From a virus (lineage: Duplodnaviria; Caudoviricetes), in the IMG/VR virus record IMGVR_UViG_3300038660_000404, positions 1-52,951 of that record: a stretch of 52,951 nt of DNA; one strand, 5' to 3'. The notes beneath the pieces were generated by a model that did not search any database, was not told the DNA's origin, and saw only the letters and a program-made list of their open reading frames with translations. The translations under genes and the position numbers were made by a program. The number at the start of each line of letters is the position of its first letter. Position 1 is the stretch's first letter. This document shows positions 24,854-35,023 of this stretch, piece after piece.

Positions 24854-26214
24854 CGGAACCACCGGAAATCGTTCAAAGCCTGGTGGGGCCAACGCTTGCA
24901 CAAATTGCAGGGCGCGTGCTGAACCGGCCGCTGCTGCTGCACCCGGACAAGGCTGATCTGATCCTGCATGTGCTGCAGGGCCGGATTGGCATCGAGCCAT
25001 TGGTGGCTCCGGACCCGCAATCAAACCGCTTTGTCGGCAGTCACCGCCGCGATAATGGCAGCGTCAGCTCAATGCGGGTTGCAAACGGCGTCGCCATCCT
25101 GCCCATCGTCGGCAGCCTTGTGAACCGCGGTGCCTGGATCGGAGCCAATTCGGGGCTGGTCTCCTATGAGGGCATTGCCGCGCAGCTGCGCGAGGCGCAA
25201 GCAGATCCGGATGTGCGGGCGATCCTCTTGGATATCGACAGCCCCGGCGGTGAGGCGACCGGCATGTTTTCGACAGCCAACCTCGTTCGCACTGTGAACG
25301 AGGTGAAGCCGGTTCTGGCCTTCATCAATGATGTGGCCGCCTCGGCCGCCTATGGCATCGCCAGTGCGGCGCGCGAAATTGTCGTCTCGCCCACCTCCAT
25401 GGTCGGCTCCATCGGTGTGGTGCTGACCCATCTGGACCGCTCTGGGGAACTGGAAGATCGCGGCGTGAAGCCGACGCTCATTCATGCCGGGGCGCACAAG
25501 GTTGATGGCCACCCGTTCGGACCGCTGTCGGACGCGGTGCGCGCTGATCTGCAAGCCGAGGTCCTCAAAATCTACGACCAGTTTGTCGGGTTGGTCGCAG
25601 AAGGGCGTGCTGGCCGGATCAGCGCCGCCGCGATCCGCGCCACGGAAGCCCGGACCTATCTTGGCGCGGATGCCATTGCCCAGGGTCTCGCCGATCGCGT
25701 GGCGAGCCTGGACGAGGTTATCGCCACGCTTTCGCAACCGCCCTCCGGGGCAATTCCCCAGAGAAAGGGAGGACCCATGACCAATTCGACAAAATCCCAG
25801 ACACCTATGGAGGCCGATACTGCGGTGGCTTCAGCCGCATCGGTTCCCGGTATCAGCCCAGCTGATCTAAAAGCAGCTGTCGATGCAGCCCGCACTGAGG
25901 CGCGTACCGCCGGTGTCACCGCTGGCAAAGCCGAGGCCACGGCGCGGATCAAGTCCATCCTGACAGCGCCCGAGGCCGAAGGCCGAGAGGCGCAAGCGCT
26001 GGTGTTGGCGCTTGAGACCGAGATGACAGCTGTGGATGCCGCGAAAGTTATGACGGCATCCCCCAAGGCATCGGTCCGCACGACGATTGCCGACCGGGCC
26101 GCACAGGAGACTGAGCTCGGGGCTGAAACCCCGGCCGATCAACGCAACCGCGCCGAGCGCAGTGTGGCCGGGTGGTCGAAAGCCATCACCCACGCCAATG
26201 CGCGCTTTGGCTGA
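24850..26214 (+). CDS. S49 family prohead protease with scaffold-like C-terminus
   Basis: LDIDSPGG, AASAAY.IAS, VGSIGV, GLAD. Confidence 0.92.
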   Translation: MTEPPEIVQSLVGPTLAQIAGRVLNRPLLLHPDKADLILHVLQGRIGIEPLVAPDPQSNRFVGSHRRDNGSVSSMRVANGVAILPIVGSLVNRGAWIGANSGLVSYEGIAAQLREAQADPDVRAILLDIDSPGGEATGMFSTANLVRTVNEVKPVLAFINDVAASAAYGIASAAREIVVSPTSMVGSIGVVLTHLDRSGELEDRGVKPTLIHAGAHKVDGHPFGPLSDAVRADLQAEVLKIYDQFVGLVAEGRAGRISAAAIRATEARTYLGADAIAQGLADRVASLDEVIATLSQPPSGAIPQRKGGPMTNSTKSQTPMEADTAVASAASVPGISPADLKAAVDAARTEARTAGVTAGKAEATARIKSILTAPEAEGREAQALVLALETEMTAVDAAKVMTASPKASVRTTIADRAAQETELGAETPADQRNRAERSVAGWSKAITHANARFG

Positions 26215-26230
26215 ATAAGGGAGAAGGACC

Positions 26231-26602
26231 ATGACTGTTCTCACAGAAGGCCGGCATCCCGGCGAATTCCTGATGACCGAGGCCAATGGGCAGCGCTCGC
26301 GGGAGAACATCACCATCGCCAGCGGTGCGGGCATCATTGCCCCCGGCACGGTGCTGGGCAAAATCACCGCCAGCGGCAAATACCTGGCCAGCGCTGTCGG
26401 TGCCACTGATGGCAGCCATACCGCAGTGGCCATCGCGCTCTATGGCTGTGATGCCACGGCAAGTGATGTTGCGGTTGCCGGCATCACTCGGGACGCCGAG
26501 GTCAACGGCAAGATCCTGACCTACCATCCTGACCGGGATCAGCCTGCCGAACAGGTCGCTGCCCAAGCTGATCTCGCGGGTGTCGGCATTATCGTGCGCT
26601 GA
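26231..26602 (+). CDS. Head decoration protein D
   Basis: SRE.ITI...PGTVLGKITASGKY...DGS; position before the capsid gene. Confidence 0.88.
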   Translation: MTVLTEGRHPGEFLMTEANGQRSRENITIASGAGIIAPGTVLGKITASGKYLASAVGATDGSHTAVAIALYGCDATASDVAVAGITRDAEVNGKILTYHPDRDQPAEQVAAQADLAGVGIIVR

Positions 26603-26740
26603 GCGCGTGGGACTTTCGCGGTGCGCTAACGCCGCGCCCTGACGTTCACACATTTCAAATCTGATCTCCCGCGCCCTCAGGCCACGGGCCGATCCCGCGT
26701 GGCCAGTCACTGGCGCGCCGACGCAATAAAGGACCCCCCC

Positions 26741-27772
26741 ATGTCGATCCTCAACATCTTCAGTCAGGACGCGTTCAGCGTCATGCGCCTCACGGATGCG
26801 CTTCGTGAGATCAAATACACGCCCTCCCGCATCGGTCAGATGGGGCTGTTTCAAACGACCAGCATCGACACGCTGGATATCGCGATCGAGAAGGACAAGG
26901 AACAAAACCGCATGCTGGTCTCGGCCAGCCCCCGCGGTGGCCCGGGCCAGACCTTTGGCAAATCGAAACGCGCCATGCGGATGCTCAAGGTGCCGCACTT
27001 CCAGGTCGACGATGCGATCTATGCCGACGAGGTGCAGCAGGTCCGCGCCTTCGGCCAGGAAGTGGCTGTCGAACGGTTACAGCAGAAGATTGCGGACCGC
27101 GCAGCCGAGGCCAGCCAGTTCTTCGCGCTGACCGAGGAATACCACCGGCTGAACATCCTCAAGACCGGCCAGCTTCTGGACGCTGACGGCTCGGTCCTCT
27201 TTGACTACTTCACCGAATTTGGCGAAAACCAGCAGGCCGTGGTCGACTTTGATCTCGACAACGCGAGTGCCACCGATGGGGCGCTGCGCAAGAAATGCGC
27301 TGGTGTCATCCGCCAAATGGCGGGCATTCTCGACGGGCTGCCGTATACGAGCGTCATCGCGCTGTGTGGCGACGCGTTCTTCGACGACCTGATCGGCCAC
27401 AAGGAAGTCCGCGAGACCTACAAGGGCTATGCCGATGCGGCCTCGCTGCGCAACGCCTACATCAATTCCGGCAATTCCGGCATCTACGGCGCGTTCGAGT
27501 TTGGCGGCATCACTTGGATGAACTACCGCGGTGGTCAGAATGTCGGGATTGAGACCGACAAGTGCCATCTCGTGCCGATGGGCGTGCCCGGGCTGTTCCG
27601 CACGGTCTATGCCCCGGCTGATTACATCGAGACGGTCAACACGCCGGGCCAGCGGCTCTATGGCAAGCAGTGGGAAATGCAGAACGGCAAGGGTGTGAAC
27701 CTCGAGTTCCAGATGAACGCCCTGCAATACTGCACCCGCCCGCGCGTGCTGATCCCCGGCAAGCGCACCTGA
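26741..27772 (+). CDS. Major capsid protein (lambda E family)
   Basis: Position; PRG.P, PHF..DD.I.ADEVQ..R.FG, N.L.YCTRP. Confidence 0.92.
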   Translation: MSILNIFSQDAFSVMRLTDALREIKYTPSRIGQMGLFQTTSIDTLDIAIEKDKEQNRMLVSASPRGGPGQTFGKSKRAMRMLKVPHFQVDDAIYADEVQQVRAFGQEVAVERLQQKIADRAAEASQFFALTEEYHRLNILKTGQLLDADGSVLFDYFTEFGENQQAVVDFDLDNASATDGALRKKCAGVIRQMAGILDGLPYTSVIALCGDAFFDDLIGHKEVRETYKGYADAASLRNAYINSGNSGIYGAFEFGGITWMNYRGGQNVGIETDKCHLVPMGVPGLFRTVYAPADYIETVNTPGQRLYGKQWEMQNGKGVNLEFQMNALQYCTRPRVLIPGKRT

Positions 27773-27809
27773 TTGGTGCGTGAGGCCGCCCGCTGAAAGG
27801 ACCTGAGCC

Positions 27810-28226
27810 GTGGCTTCTATGTTTGACGATCTCGACGCCGCTCTGTCGGGCGCGATCAAGGGCACCTTCGCGGAGGTCGCGGTCCACCGGCCGCGCGTTT
27901 CGGTCCAATATGTCGAGCGCGCGGCCGATCCTGACCGGCCGCAACACCTCATCTATGGGGTGTTTTCCGCTGGCCCTGCAGATGACGGGTTGAAGGGGAT
28001 AGCCCGGGGCTCGGACTTCTCGGGGACGACGCGTGTGGCATCGGCCAGCGCCGAGTTCTGGATCGCCAAGGCCGAGGTCGATGCGCTGACCGCTCTTCCG
28101 GCCAAGGGCGATACAATCAGACTCACCAGCCGGGCTGGCAGCCCGACCTATGCGGTCTCCTCAGTCCAGCACACGGATATGGGCGATCTGAACCTTATCC
28201 TCGTTTGGGAGGACCTGCCGTCATGA
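27810..28226 (+). CDS. Putative head-tail joining protein
   Basis: Position after the capsid gene; P.KGD.I beta-rich C-terminus. Confidence 0.6.
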   Translation: MASMFDDLDAALSGAIKGTFAEVAVHRPRVSVQYVERAADPDRPQHLIYGVFSAGPADDGLKGIARGSDFSGTTRVASASAEFWIAKAEVDALTALPAKGDTIRLTSRAGSPTYAVSSVQHTDMGDLNLILVWEDLPS

Positions 28227-29017
28227 GCCTGACCCGCCTTGCCATGCGCCTCGCGGCCGCCCGTGCGCTGCTCGACCGGACGCTGGCCGGGCCGCGGGTC
28301 TTCGACAGCGCGGTCGACCCGATTGACCAGACCATTGCAGAGACGCGCCAGCCGCTGATCGTGCTCACCACCGACGAGCACGAGCTTGAGGTGACGGGGC
28401 GCGACCTGACAAGCGGCAACCATCGTTGCGAGCTGGTGATCGAGATTGCCATTGCATCCCGGGTCGAAGTGCCCGCGTCTGATGGGGACGGCGGTCAAAT
28501 CACCATTGCCATTCCGCACACGGACGAAGGGATGGAGCTGACGCTCGACATCATGGAGCATCAGGTGGTCCGCGCCCTGAACCGCGACGACAATGCGTGG
28601 TCGCGTGTCTGGATGATGCTGGTCCCCCGGATCACGCGCAGCCTTTCCCGGCGCGGCGCATCGGCCGAAAACGGCGTGCGCTTTGCTGCACGGCAGCTGG
28701 TCTTGAGCTGCGATCTGGTGGAAACCCCGGTTTCTGGCGGCACGATCGCGCCAAACAGCGCCTGGGGGGATGCGCTGGCTCTTATGGAGGCCGATCCCAT
28801 ACTGGCCAATATCGCAAGCCTACTGCGCGCGGAGATGGATGGCACACCACTTGCCGATTGGCGCCGGGCTGCGGAAACCCTTGGTGTCCCGCTGGAGGTG
28901 GCAAACCAGATCGGCATCGGGCCGGTCGCAGACCTCGATGCGGACCCACAACCGCTCGCGGACATCACGTTTCTGGATTTTGACCAGACTGTCGTATTCG
29001 AGCCGCAAGGGTCATAG
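28223..29017 (+). CDS. Putative tail completion/terminator protein
   Basis: T.AG.RVFDS..DP, P.IV..TD; position. Confidence 0.55.
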   Translation: MSLTRLAMRLAAARALLDRTLAGPRVFDSAVDPIDQTIAETRQPLIVLTTDEHELEVTGRDLTSGNHRCELVIEIAIASRVEVPASDGDGGQITIAIPHTDEGMELTLDIMEHQVVRALNRDDNAWSRVWMMLVPRITRSLSRRGASAENGVRFAARQLVLSCDLVETPVSGGTIAPNSAWGDALALMEADPILANIASLLRAEMDGTPLADWRRAAETLGVPLEVANQIGIGPVADLDADPQPLADITFLDFDQTVVFEPQGS

Positions 29018-29019
29018 GC

Positions 29020-29607
29020 ATGGCGATCCGCGAAATCGTCGAGCTTGTTGCGCGTGTGACCGATTTGGAGCGCCGTGTCGCAGGCGTCATGCGGCATGGC
29101 ACGGTGGCGGAGGTCGATCCTGCCCGGCAACGGGTCCGGCTGGATTTTGGCCCGGCACATGGCCGGGACGGGCAGTTCCTTTCCCCGTGGGTGCCCTATG
29201 CCCAGTTCTCGGGCGCCCTGCGCGTCCACACGCCGCCCACGGTTGGGCAGCAATTCACGGCCATGTCGCCCACGGGCGACTTCCAACAGGCCGTGGCAGT
29301 GCCGCTGACCCACCACGCCAGCAACCTGAGCCCGTCGGAAGCGGCAGATCAGAACGTCATGACCTACGGGAACGTGATCATGACGCTGGCAGACGATCTC
29401 GTTCGCAGCGAAGTCAGCGGGCTGACCTTTGAGCTCACCAGCGCACAGGCGCAGATCACGGTTGGCGACGTGACCTTCAGGGTCTCTCGCGCTGGCGTGG
29501 AGATCACCGGCGGCACGGTCACGCACGATGGGAAGAATATCGGCTCCACCCACATTCATGGCGGGGTCCGCACAGGGCCGTCCACGACCGGCGAGCCTGC
29601 CAACTGA
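29020..29607 (+). CDS. Baseplate spike protein V
   Basis: GTVAEVD, SPW.P, PPTVGQQ, C-terminal H.HGGV. Confidence 0.92.
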   Translation: MAIREIVELVARVTDLERRVAGVMRHGTVAEVDPARQRVRLDFGPAHGRDGQFLSPWVPYAQFSGALRVHTPPTVGQQFTAMSPTGDFQQAVAVPLTHHASNLSPSEAADQNVMTYGNVIMTLADDLVRSEVSGLTFELTSAQAQITVGDVTFRVSRAGVEITGGTVTHDGKNIGSTHIHGGVRTGPSTTGEPAN

Positions 29608-29624
29608 ACCGAAGGGAAAGATCA

Positions 29625-29885
29625 ATGCGGCGTTACGCTATCACCGAGAAGGCCGGGCGCTTCGTCGCCGGGCAGAACAACACCGGGGTCGGGACAGTCC
29701 TGACCTTGACTGCCAAGCAGGCGGAGCATGAACTGCGGCTTGGAACATTGCGGCCGCTGGATGTGCCCGGCTCCGAGTCCGAGGGTGGCAAGACTGCGCC
29801 CGCCAGCAAGGCGAGGAAAGTTGCCAAGGGCGACCCCAAGCCAACTACGGATGATGACGCTGGCGAAGGCGCTGGTGACGAATAA
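29625..29885 (+). CDS. Hypothetical protein
   Basis: 86 aa in the tail operon with RBS. Confidence 0.65.
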   Translation: MRRYAITEKAGRFVAGQNNTGVGTVLTLTAKQAEHELRLGTLRPLDVPGSESEGGKTAPASKARKVAKGDPKPTTDDDAGEGAGDE

Positions 29886-29905
29886 GGGCCAGGGAGGGCT
29901 AACCG

Positions 29906-30331
29906 GTGGCCACGCGCAGCATAAACCCATCCGTCGGCCTCAACGCCGCCACCGGCGGTGTGATTGAGGGCTGGCCACACGTGGCCCAGAGCCTGCAGGA
30001 CATCTTCACCACGCGGTTTGGCGCCCGTATCATGCGCGAATGGTATGGATCATTTGTGCCCAACCTGCTGGGGCGCACGATCACGCCCAATGATTTCACA
30101 CCGTGGTTTGCTGCGGTGACCTCTGCGATCGAGCAATTCGAGCCGCGATACCGCGTGACCCGCATTCAGATCGTTGAGGTGACCCGCGATGGACGGCTGC
30201 ATTTCTTCCTCGAGGGCGAGTACCGCCCGCGCGCCACCTATGGCGACTTCACGGTCGAAGGCGCGCGCCGCATCAATGCCTATGCCAACCCGGACGGGGT
30301 GCTGATCGAGGAACGCGAGGCCCAACCATGA
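29906..30331 (+). CDS. Baseplate protein W / gp25 family
   Basis: H..QS..DIFTT..G.R.MR..YGS; EPR. Confidence 0.92.
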   Translation: MATRSINPSVGLNAATGGVIEGWPHVAQSLQDIFTTRFGARIMREWYGSFVPNLLGRTITPNDFTPWFAAVTSAIEQFEPRYRVTRIQIVEVTRDGRLHFFLEGEYRPRATYGDFTVEGARRINAYANPDGVLIEEREAQP

Positions 30332-31215
30332 GCCGTTTCACCGCCATCAACCTTTCCGGTCTGACGCCGCCGGACGTGATCGAGACGCTGGATTACGACA
30401 CGATCGTCACCGAGATGTGCGATGATCTGGTCGCGCGGTTTCCGGCCATCGCAGGCGTCATTGATCTCGAAAGCGAGCCCGCGCGCAAACTGATTGAGGC
30501 ATTCGCCTATCGCGAGATGCTCCTACGCGGGCGGATCAATGATGCGGCCCGTTCGGTTTTACTGGCCTCAGCCTATGGCAGCAACCTCGATCATCTGGCC
30601 GCACTGTTCGCCACGCAGCGGATGCAGGTCGAGGACACAACGGGCGTGCTGGTCGCGGAAGACGATGATCGCCTGCGCCGTCGCGTGCAGCTGGCCCCGG
30701 AGGCCTTTTCTGTGGCAGGGCCGGAGGGGGCGTATGTCTATCATGCGCTCACCGCGGCCCCTTGGGCACGCGATGCCACGGCGATCATGACGACGCCCGG
30801 CCGGGTGCGTGTCACCATCCTGCGGGCGGGACCTGATCCGGTTCCCAGCCTTACGGAACGCGAAACCGTGCGCCTGTCGCTGATCGACAATGATGTGCGG
30901 CCGCTGACGGACATGGTTGAAGTCTTGGGGCCACGCGTGCAGCGCGCGGACATCACGGCCAAACTGACCCTTTATCCAGGCCCAGACGGCAATGTGGTGC
31001 GCGACCGGGCCCTGTCAGCCTTATCTGACTGGGTGGAAACCAACCGGATGCTGGGCATGAACCTGCGCCGCTCGGCAATCTTTTCGAAGCTGCATGTCGA
31101 GGGGGTGCATTCGGTGGATCTTGTTACGCCCGCTGCAGATCTCGTCCTAGGGCCGACCGAGGTTTACGCGATCGATGCTATCACCGTGACGGTCGCCACA
31201 CTCCGCGATGAATAG
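30328..31215 (+). CDS. Baseplate protein J
   Basis: LESEP, R.NDAAR, LDHLAA, FSVAGP.GAY, VRPLTD.V. Confidence 0.93.
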   Translation: MSRFTAINLSGLTPPDVIETLDYDTIVTEMCDDLVARFPAIAGVIDLESEPARKLIEAFAYREMLLRGRINDAARSVLLASAYGSNLDHLAALFATQRMQVEDTTGVLVAEDDDRLRRRVQLAPEAFSVAGPEGAYVYHALTAAPWARDATAIMTTPGRVRVTILRAGPDPVPSLTERETVRLSLIDNDVRPLTDMVEVLGPRVQRADITAKLTLYPGPDGNVVRDRALSALSDWVETNRMLGMNLRRSAIFSKLHVEGVHSVDLVTPAADLVLGPTEVYAIDAITVTVATLRDE

Positions 31216-31226
31216 GATCCCCGTCC

Positions 31227-32486
31227 ATGACCCGCGAGACCCTGCTGCCGGACAACCGCACGGCCTTCGAGGAGGCGACCGATCTCACTGGCGCACGCAG
31301 TGCCTATTTGCCCATCGGGTTGCGTCCGCTGGTGCAACCGCATCAGATCCCGAGCAGCCATCTGCCTTGGCTCGCTTGGGGCCTGTCTGTCGATCTGTGG
31401 GACAGGGACTGGCCGGAGGAAAAGAAACGCGCACGTACCGCGCGGTCACTGCCGTTCCATGCGATCAAGGGGACCCAGACCGCCATCGCGCAAGCGCTCG
31501 CCGTGATGGGGGCCGAGGCGCGGCGGTTCATCGTGCCGCCCGCCAAGACCTATCTGTCGAAGGCGCTGACGGAGACGGAACGCAGCGCCTATCTCGATCG
31601 CTTCGCACAGCTCAGGGTCTATCCGTTCATCGCCCGGGGTGTTTCCGGCCGGAACACCCGATATCTGTCGGCGCCAGACGGCCCGGGCACCGCCTTTGCC
31701 GGGCCCAACAACCCGGTCTCGGTGCAAGGCACGCGCTATGTGCGTACCGCAAAGCTGCATGATCGTGGCCGCGAAACGACCCTGACGCTCCGCACGGTCA
31801 CGCCAGAACGCGTTGGGGAGTTCAACGCGATTGCCTATGACGAGGTGGTTCTCCCCCCCAAACCTACGGCGGCCATCCATCTGAACGCCGCGCCCCAAAC
31901 CCGCGCGTTTCTAATCGACGATATGGGGGTGCGCCAACGCATCGTCCGCATCCCGCGGGCCACGAGCTACAGCTACCGGCTGGGCCGCGAGCAATACACA
32001 ACCGTACTGCCAAAAGGTGAGCTGATCGATGTGCGGCCCCAGCAGGTGGCGCAGCAGCACCCGCGCCAGTTTGGAGCGATTTTCCCCGGCGTGCCGTGCC
32101 AGCATGTTTCCGGCACCTTTCTGCCCGAGACGATATCCTGGCAGTATCTCTATGAGCGCTGGCACATCCATGACCTGGCCCGCGTGCTCGAAGAGCGCAA
32201 GCGGTCAACCCATCTTGGCTACACCCGCCTTGGAATGCCGCCGTACCACGCCGAGGTGCTCACCCGCATCACAGGGCGGCGGTATCCACGCACGGCGGGC
32301 CGTTTCGTCAATGGCTATATCGTGGCTGCCAGCACCAAGCCGGTCGCGGATGCGCGCGAGGCGGTGATGGTCGCCAAATCGCTGCGGGACAAGGTCCTGA
32401 TCAACACCAAGACCTGGCGCGTGCCGCGACCGGGCGACCGCCGTGCAGTGGGCGATATCACGCTCGGCGCACTAACAGAGGTTTGA
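31227..32486 (+). CDS. Tail protein I (P2 gpI-like), long form
   Basis: LLP.N.T..E, LPWLAW.LSVD.W...W.EE.KR, H..KGT. Confidence 0.88.
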   Translation: MTRETLLPDNRTAFEEATDLTGARSAYLPIGLRPLVQPHQIPSSHLPWLAWGLSVDLWDRDWPEEKKRARTARSLPFHAIKGTQTAIAQALAVMGAEARRFIVPPAKTYLSKALTETERSAYLDRFAQLRVYPFIARGVSGRNTRYLSAPDGPGTAFAGPNNPVSVQGTRYVRTAKLHDRGRETTLTLRTVTPERVGEFNAIAYDEVVLPPKPTAAIHLNAAPQTRAFLIDDMGVRQRIVRIPRATSYSYRLGREQYTTVLPKGELIDVRPQQVAQQHPRQFGAIFPGVPCQHVSGTFLPETISWQYLYERWHIHDLARVLEERKRSTHLGYTRLGMPPYHAEVLTRITGRRYPRTAGRFVNGYIVAASTKPVADAREAVMVAKSLRDKVLINTKTWRVPRPGDRRAVGDITLGALTEV

Positions 32487-32489
32487 GAC

Positions 32490-34796
32490 ATGGAAAGAAC
32501 CGTCATCTACCGCGATCGGCAGGAGCTGCAATCCGCCGATCTCAACAACATGCAGGATTTTGCCCGCACCTCGATGGATCACATCGTTCGAGATGCGGTG
32601 GAAAGCGGCAAGGCCTATTCAGGCTTTTCCGCCACCAAGACGGCTGCAACGGAAATCACGCTCTCTGCAGGCCGACTTTATGCAGGCGGGGCCGTCTATG
32701 CGCGCGGCGAGGACATCATCGTTGATCTCTTCAACGTCCTGCCGCTGGTGACCCGCAAGCGCGTGGCAATCGTCAGCTTTGGTCAGGAGGTCGAGACGGA
32801 TATCCAGCCCCGCGACTTCCTGATCGATGCCCAGACCGGCACCACCGAGCCGCAATCGGTGGCGATGGAGTCTTTGCGTCGCGCGGAAATCTCAACCGTG
32901 GCGGGCACCGAAGGGCCGGACCCGAGCTATCCCGCCACGGATGCCAATGTGACAGTGATCGCCTATGTGCTGCTGGACACCACCGGCGTTGTGGCGATCG
33001 AGCAGTGGCAGGCGACGCAGCTGCCGAACCTGCGCAATGTTGCCAACCGCACGATTGCGCTGGAGCGCTGGCGCGGCCAGATCAGCGGCCAGGTCGATAC
33101 GCTGCGCACGGATCTGTCGGCGCTGGCCGACCGGCTGGCGGGCTATGCGACCAAGGCCGAGATTGTGGAATTGACGGAGCAGCTCGACGAGTTGCGCACC
33201 GAGGTCTATGCGCCGGGGGCCTATATCTACTACGGCACCAACCATTTCCTGACGGCTGATGGCTCAAATGTCGACCACCCTGATTTTGACGCGGTGGTCG
33301 AGGAAGGCATCCGGTTTCCACGGGCGGGCTCCGAGACCTCGGAACTGGCGCTGCTGAACCCCAACAACGTCTATATCGCCAATACCAGCGGGTTCGTGCT
33401 GCCCAAATACGCCCATGGCATCCGGCTTGATCTGACGGGCTATGCCTCCGAGACGCGGCTGGCGCAGTACACCTTCGAGACCACGGATATTCGCCAGCTC
33501 ACACGCGCCCGCACGCGGCGGCGTTATGGCAACTCCATGGTGGTCTGCACCAACAGCCGCTGGTGGCGCCAGGGCACCTATGATCTGGCAGGCAATATCT
33601 TCCGCCGGGATGGAGAGACCTGGGAGGTCACCAACGGCCTGCCAGACCGCATGCCCAATGGCGCGCGCGTGCCGAATGGCAATGTGCACTGGATCCGGGT
33701 CCGCCGCTTTTGGATCGACACCTATGAGGAGCAATATTGGGACCGGGTCACAACCACGGCCACGATCAACGGCCAGCAGGTGGCGCAGACCTTCCTGAAC
33801 TCGCAGGACGGCTGGTTGAGCCAGGTTGGGCTTTACTTCTCGCGAAAGGCCGCCGCGGGGGATGTCACACTGCTGGTGACCGAGACCGCCTTTGGCATGC
33901 CTGACCTGTCCCGCGTGATCTCGCGCACGACGCTGCCAGTGTCGGATATTCAGGTGGGGGCGATCTCGACGGAGGTGGGCCTGCCATCGCTGGTGGAGAG
34001 CAAACTGCCGATCACGCCAACCTTCCTGACGGCCGGACGGCGCTATGCCATCGTGCTGGTCACCACCGGTGATCATTATGTCGCCATGACCAATACCGAC
34101 AACGGGGTGGTGCAGGGCACGTTCTTTGTCTCGACCGACGGCGCGTTCTTCGCGGGTAATCTGGTCGATGACATGAAAATGCGGCTCTACTTTGCGCGGT
34201 TCGAGCGCACACGGCTCTCAGTCGAGTTGACAGCGCTGCAGCTGGCAGGCGGCATTCTCGATCTCGATGTGCTGCATGAGGGTGTGACGCCACCTGCCTG
34301 TCGCACCGATATCGAGGTGCAGGTCAACGGGGCGTGGGTGGCGCTGGATGGTGATACCAGCGGCCCGGACCTCTCGGGTCTGCCAGGCATCTTGCCGCTG
34401 CGGATGACGCTCACGGGCACCACCGACCTGATGCCGGGCTTCGGGCTTGCTGGCTCGCAGATGGTGGCAACGCGCCCCAAGACGGCGTTCACCTGGGTGT
34501 CGGATGAGCGCACGCTCGGCTCGCCCACAACCAGCGTCAAGGTGGTGACCGACCTGCAGCATTTTGAAGAGGTGAACCACGATTGCACCGTGACGCTCAT
34601 GACTGGCGCGGCGCTGGACGGGGTGGAGGCAGCCGATGTGGTTGAGGATGTGGTGCTGGCCGATGGGACGGTGCGGCGGACCTCGATCTTCAATGTAACC
34701 TCGGTCAGCACCTACGCGGTCAAGATCATCGGCTCAACTGTGAGTGCGGCAGTGCCGTTTCTGGTCAGTGAGTTGATCGAATACGCCCAGACCTGA
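32490..34796 (+). CDS. Large baseplate/fibre-attachment structural protein
   Basis: 768 aa after gpI; coiled coil; VAQTF...V.LYF motif. Confidence 0.7.
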   Translation: MERTVIYRDRQELQSADLNNMQDFARTSMDHIVRDAVESGKAYSGFSATKTAATEITLSAGRLYAGGAVYARGEDIIVDLFNVLPLVTRKRVAIVSFGQEVETDIQPRDFLIDAQTGTTEPQSVAMESLRRAEISTVAGTEGPDPSYPATDANVTVIAYVLLDTTGVVAIEQWQATQLPNLRNVANRTIALERWRGQISGQVDTLRTDLSALADRLAGYATKAEIVELTEQLDELRTEVYAPGAYIYYGTNHFLTADGSNVDHPDFDAVVEEGIRFPRAGSETSELALLNPNNVYIANTSGFVLPKYAHGIRLDLTGYASETRLAQYTFETTDIRQLTRARTRRRYGNSMVVCTNSRWWRQGTYDLAGNIFRRDGETWEVTNGLPDRMPNGARVPNGNVHWIRVRRFWIDTYEEQYWDRVTTTATINGQQVAQTFLNSQDGWLSQVGLYFSRKAAAGDVTLLVTETAFGMPDLSRVISRTTLPVSDIQVGAISTEVGLPSLVESKLPITPTFLTAGRRYAIVLVTTGDHYVAMTNTDNGVVQGTFFVSTDGAFFAGNLVDDMKMRLYFARFERTRLSVELTALQLAGGILDLDVLHEGVTPPACRTDIEVQVNGAWVALDGDTSGPDLSGLPGILPLRMTLTGTTDLMPGFGLAGSQMVATRPKTAFTWVSDERTLGSPTTSVKVVTDLQHFEEVNHDCTVTLMTGAALDGVEAADVVEDVVLADGTVRRTSIFNVTSVSTYAVKIIGSTVSAAVPFLVSELIEYAQT

Positions 34797-34848
34797 TCGA
34801 GCCGCGCGTAATCTATCCCGCTCAGACCAAAGCCAGGAGACAGCCCCA

Positions 34849-35019
34849 ATGCCATCAAAACCCACCCATTACCGGGTGACGGTGAACCGTCCCCTTGAAT
34901 TTGCCGGGGCCCGGTTCCGGCCAGGCGCGCGCTATACGGTGACGGCTGCCATTTTTGATAGTCTGACCACCGAGCATCCCGAGGCGATCGCCACATCCGA
35001 GCCGCTGAAGAAAGGGTGA
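34849..35019 (+). CDS. 56-aa hypothetical protein (not in ORF track)
   Basis: AGGAG RBS; MPSKPTHYRVTVNRPLEFAGARFRPGARYTV...; fills the gap in the operon. Confidence 0.7.
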   Translation: MPSKPTHYRVTVNRPLEFAGARFRPGARYTVTAAIFDSLTTEHPEAIATSEPLKKG

Positions 35020-35023
35020 CGCC

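Noticed and set aside
26603-26740. GC hairpins in late intergenic gaps (also 36070-36184, 43624-43719) as ncRNAs
   Set aside because: No shared sequence among them; consistent with ordinary mRNA stability or stoichiometry hairpins
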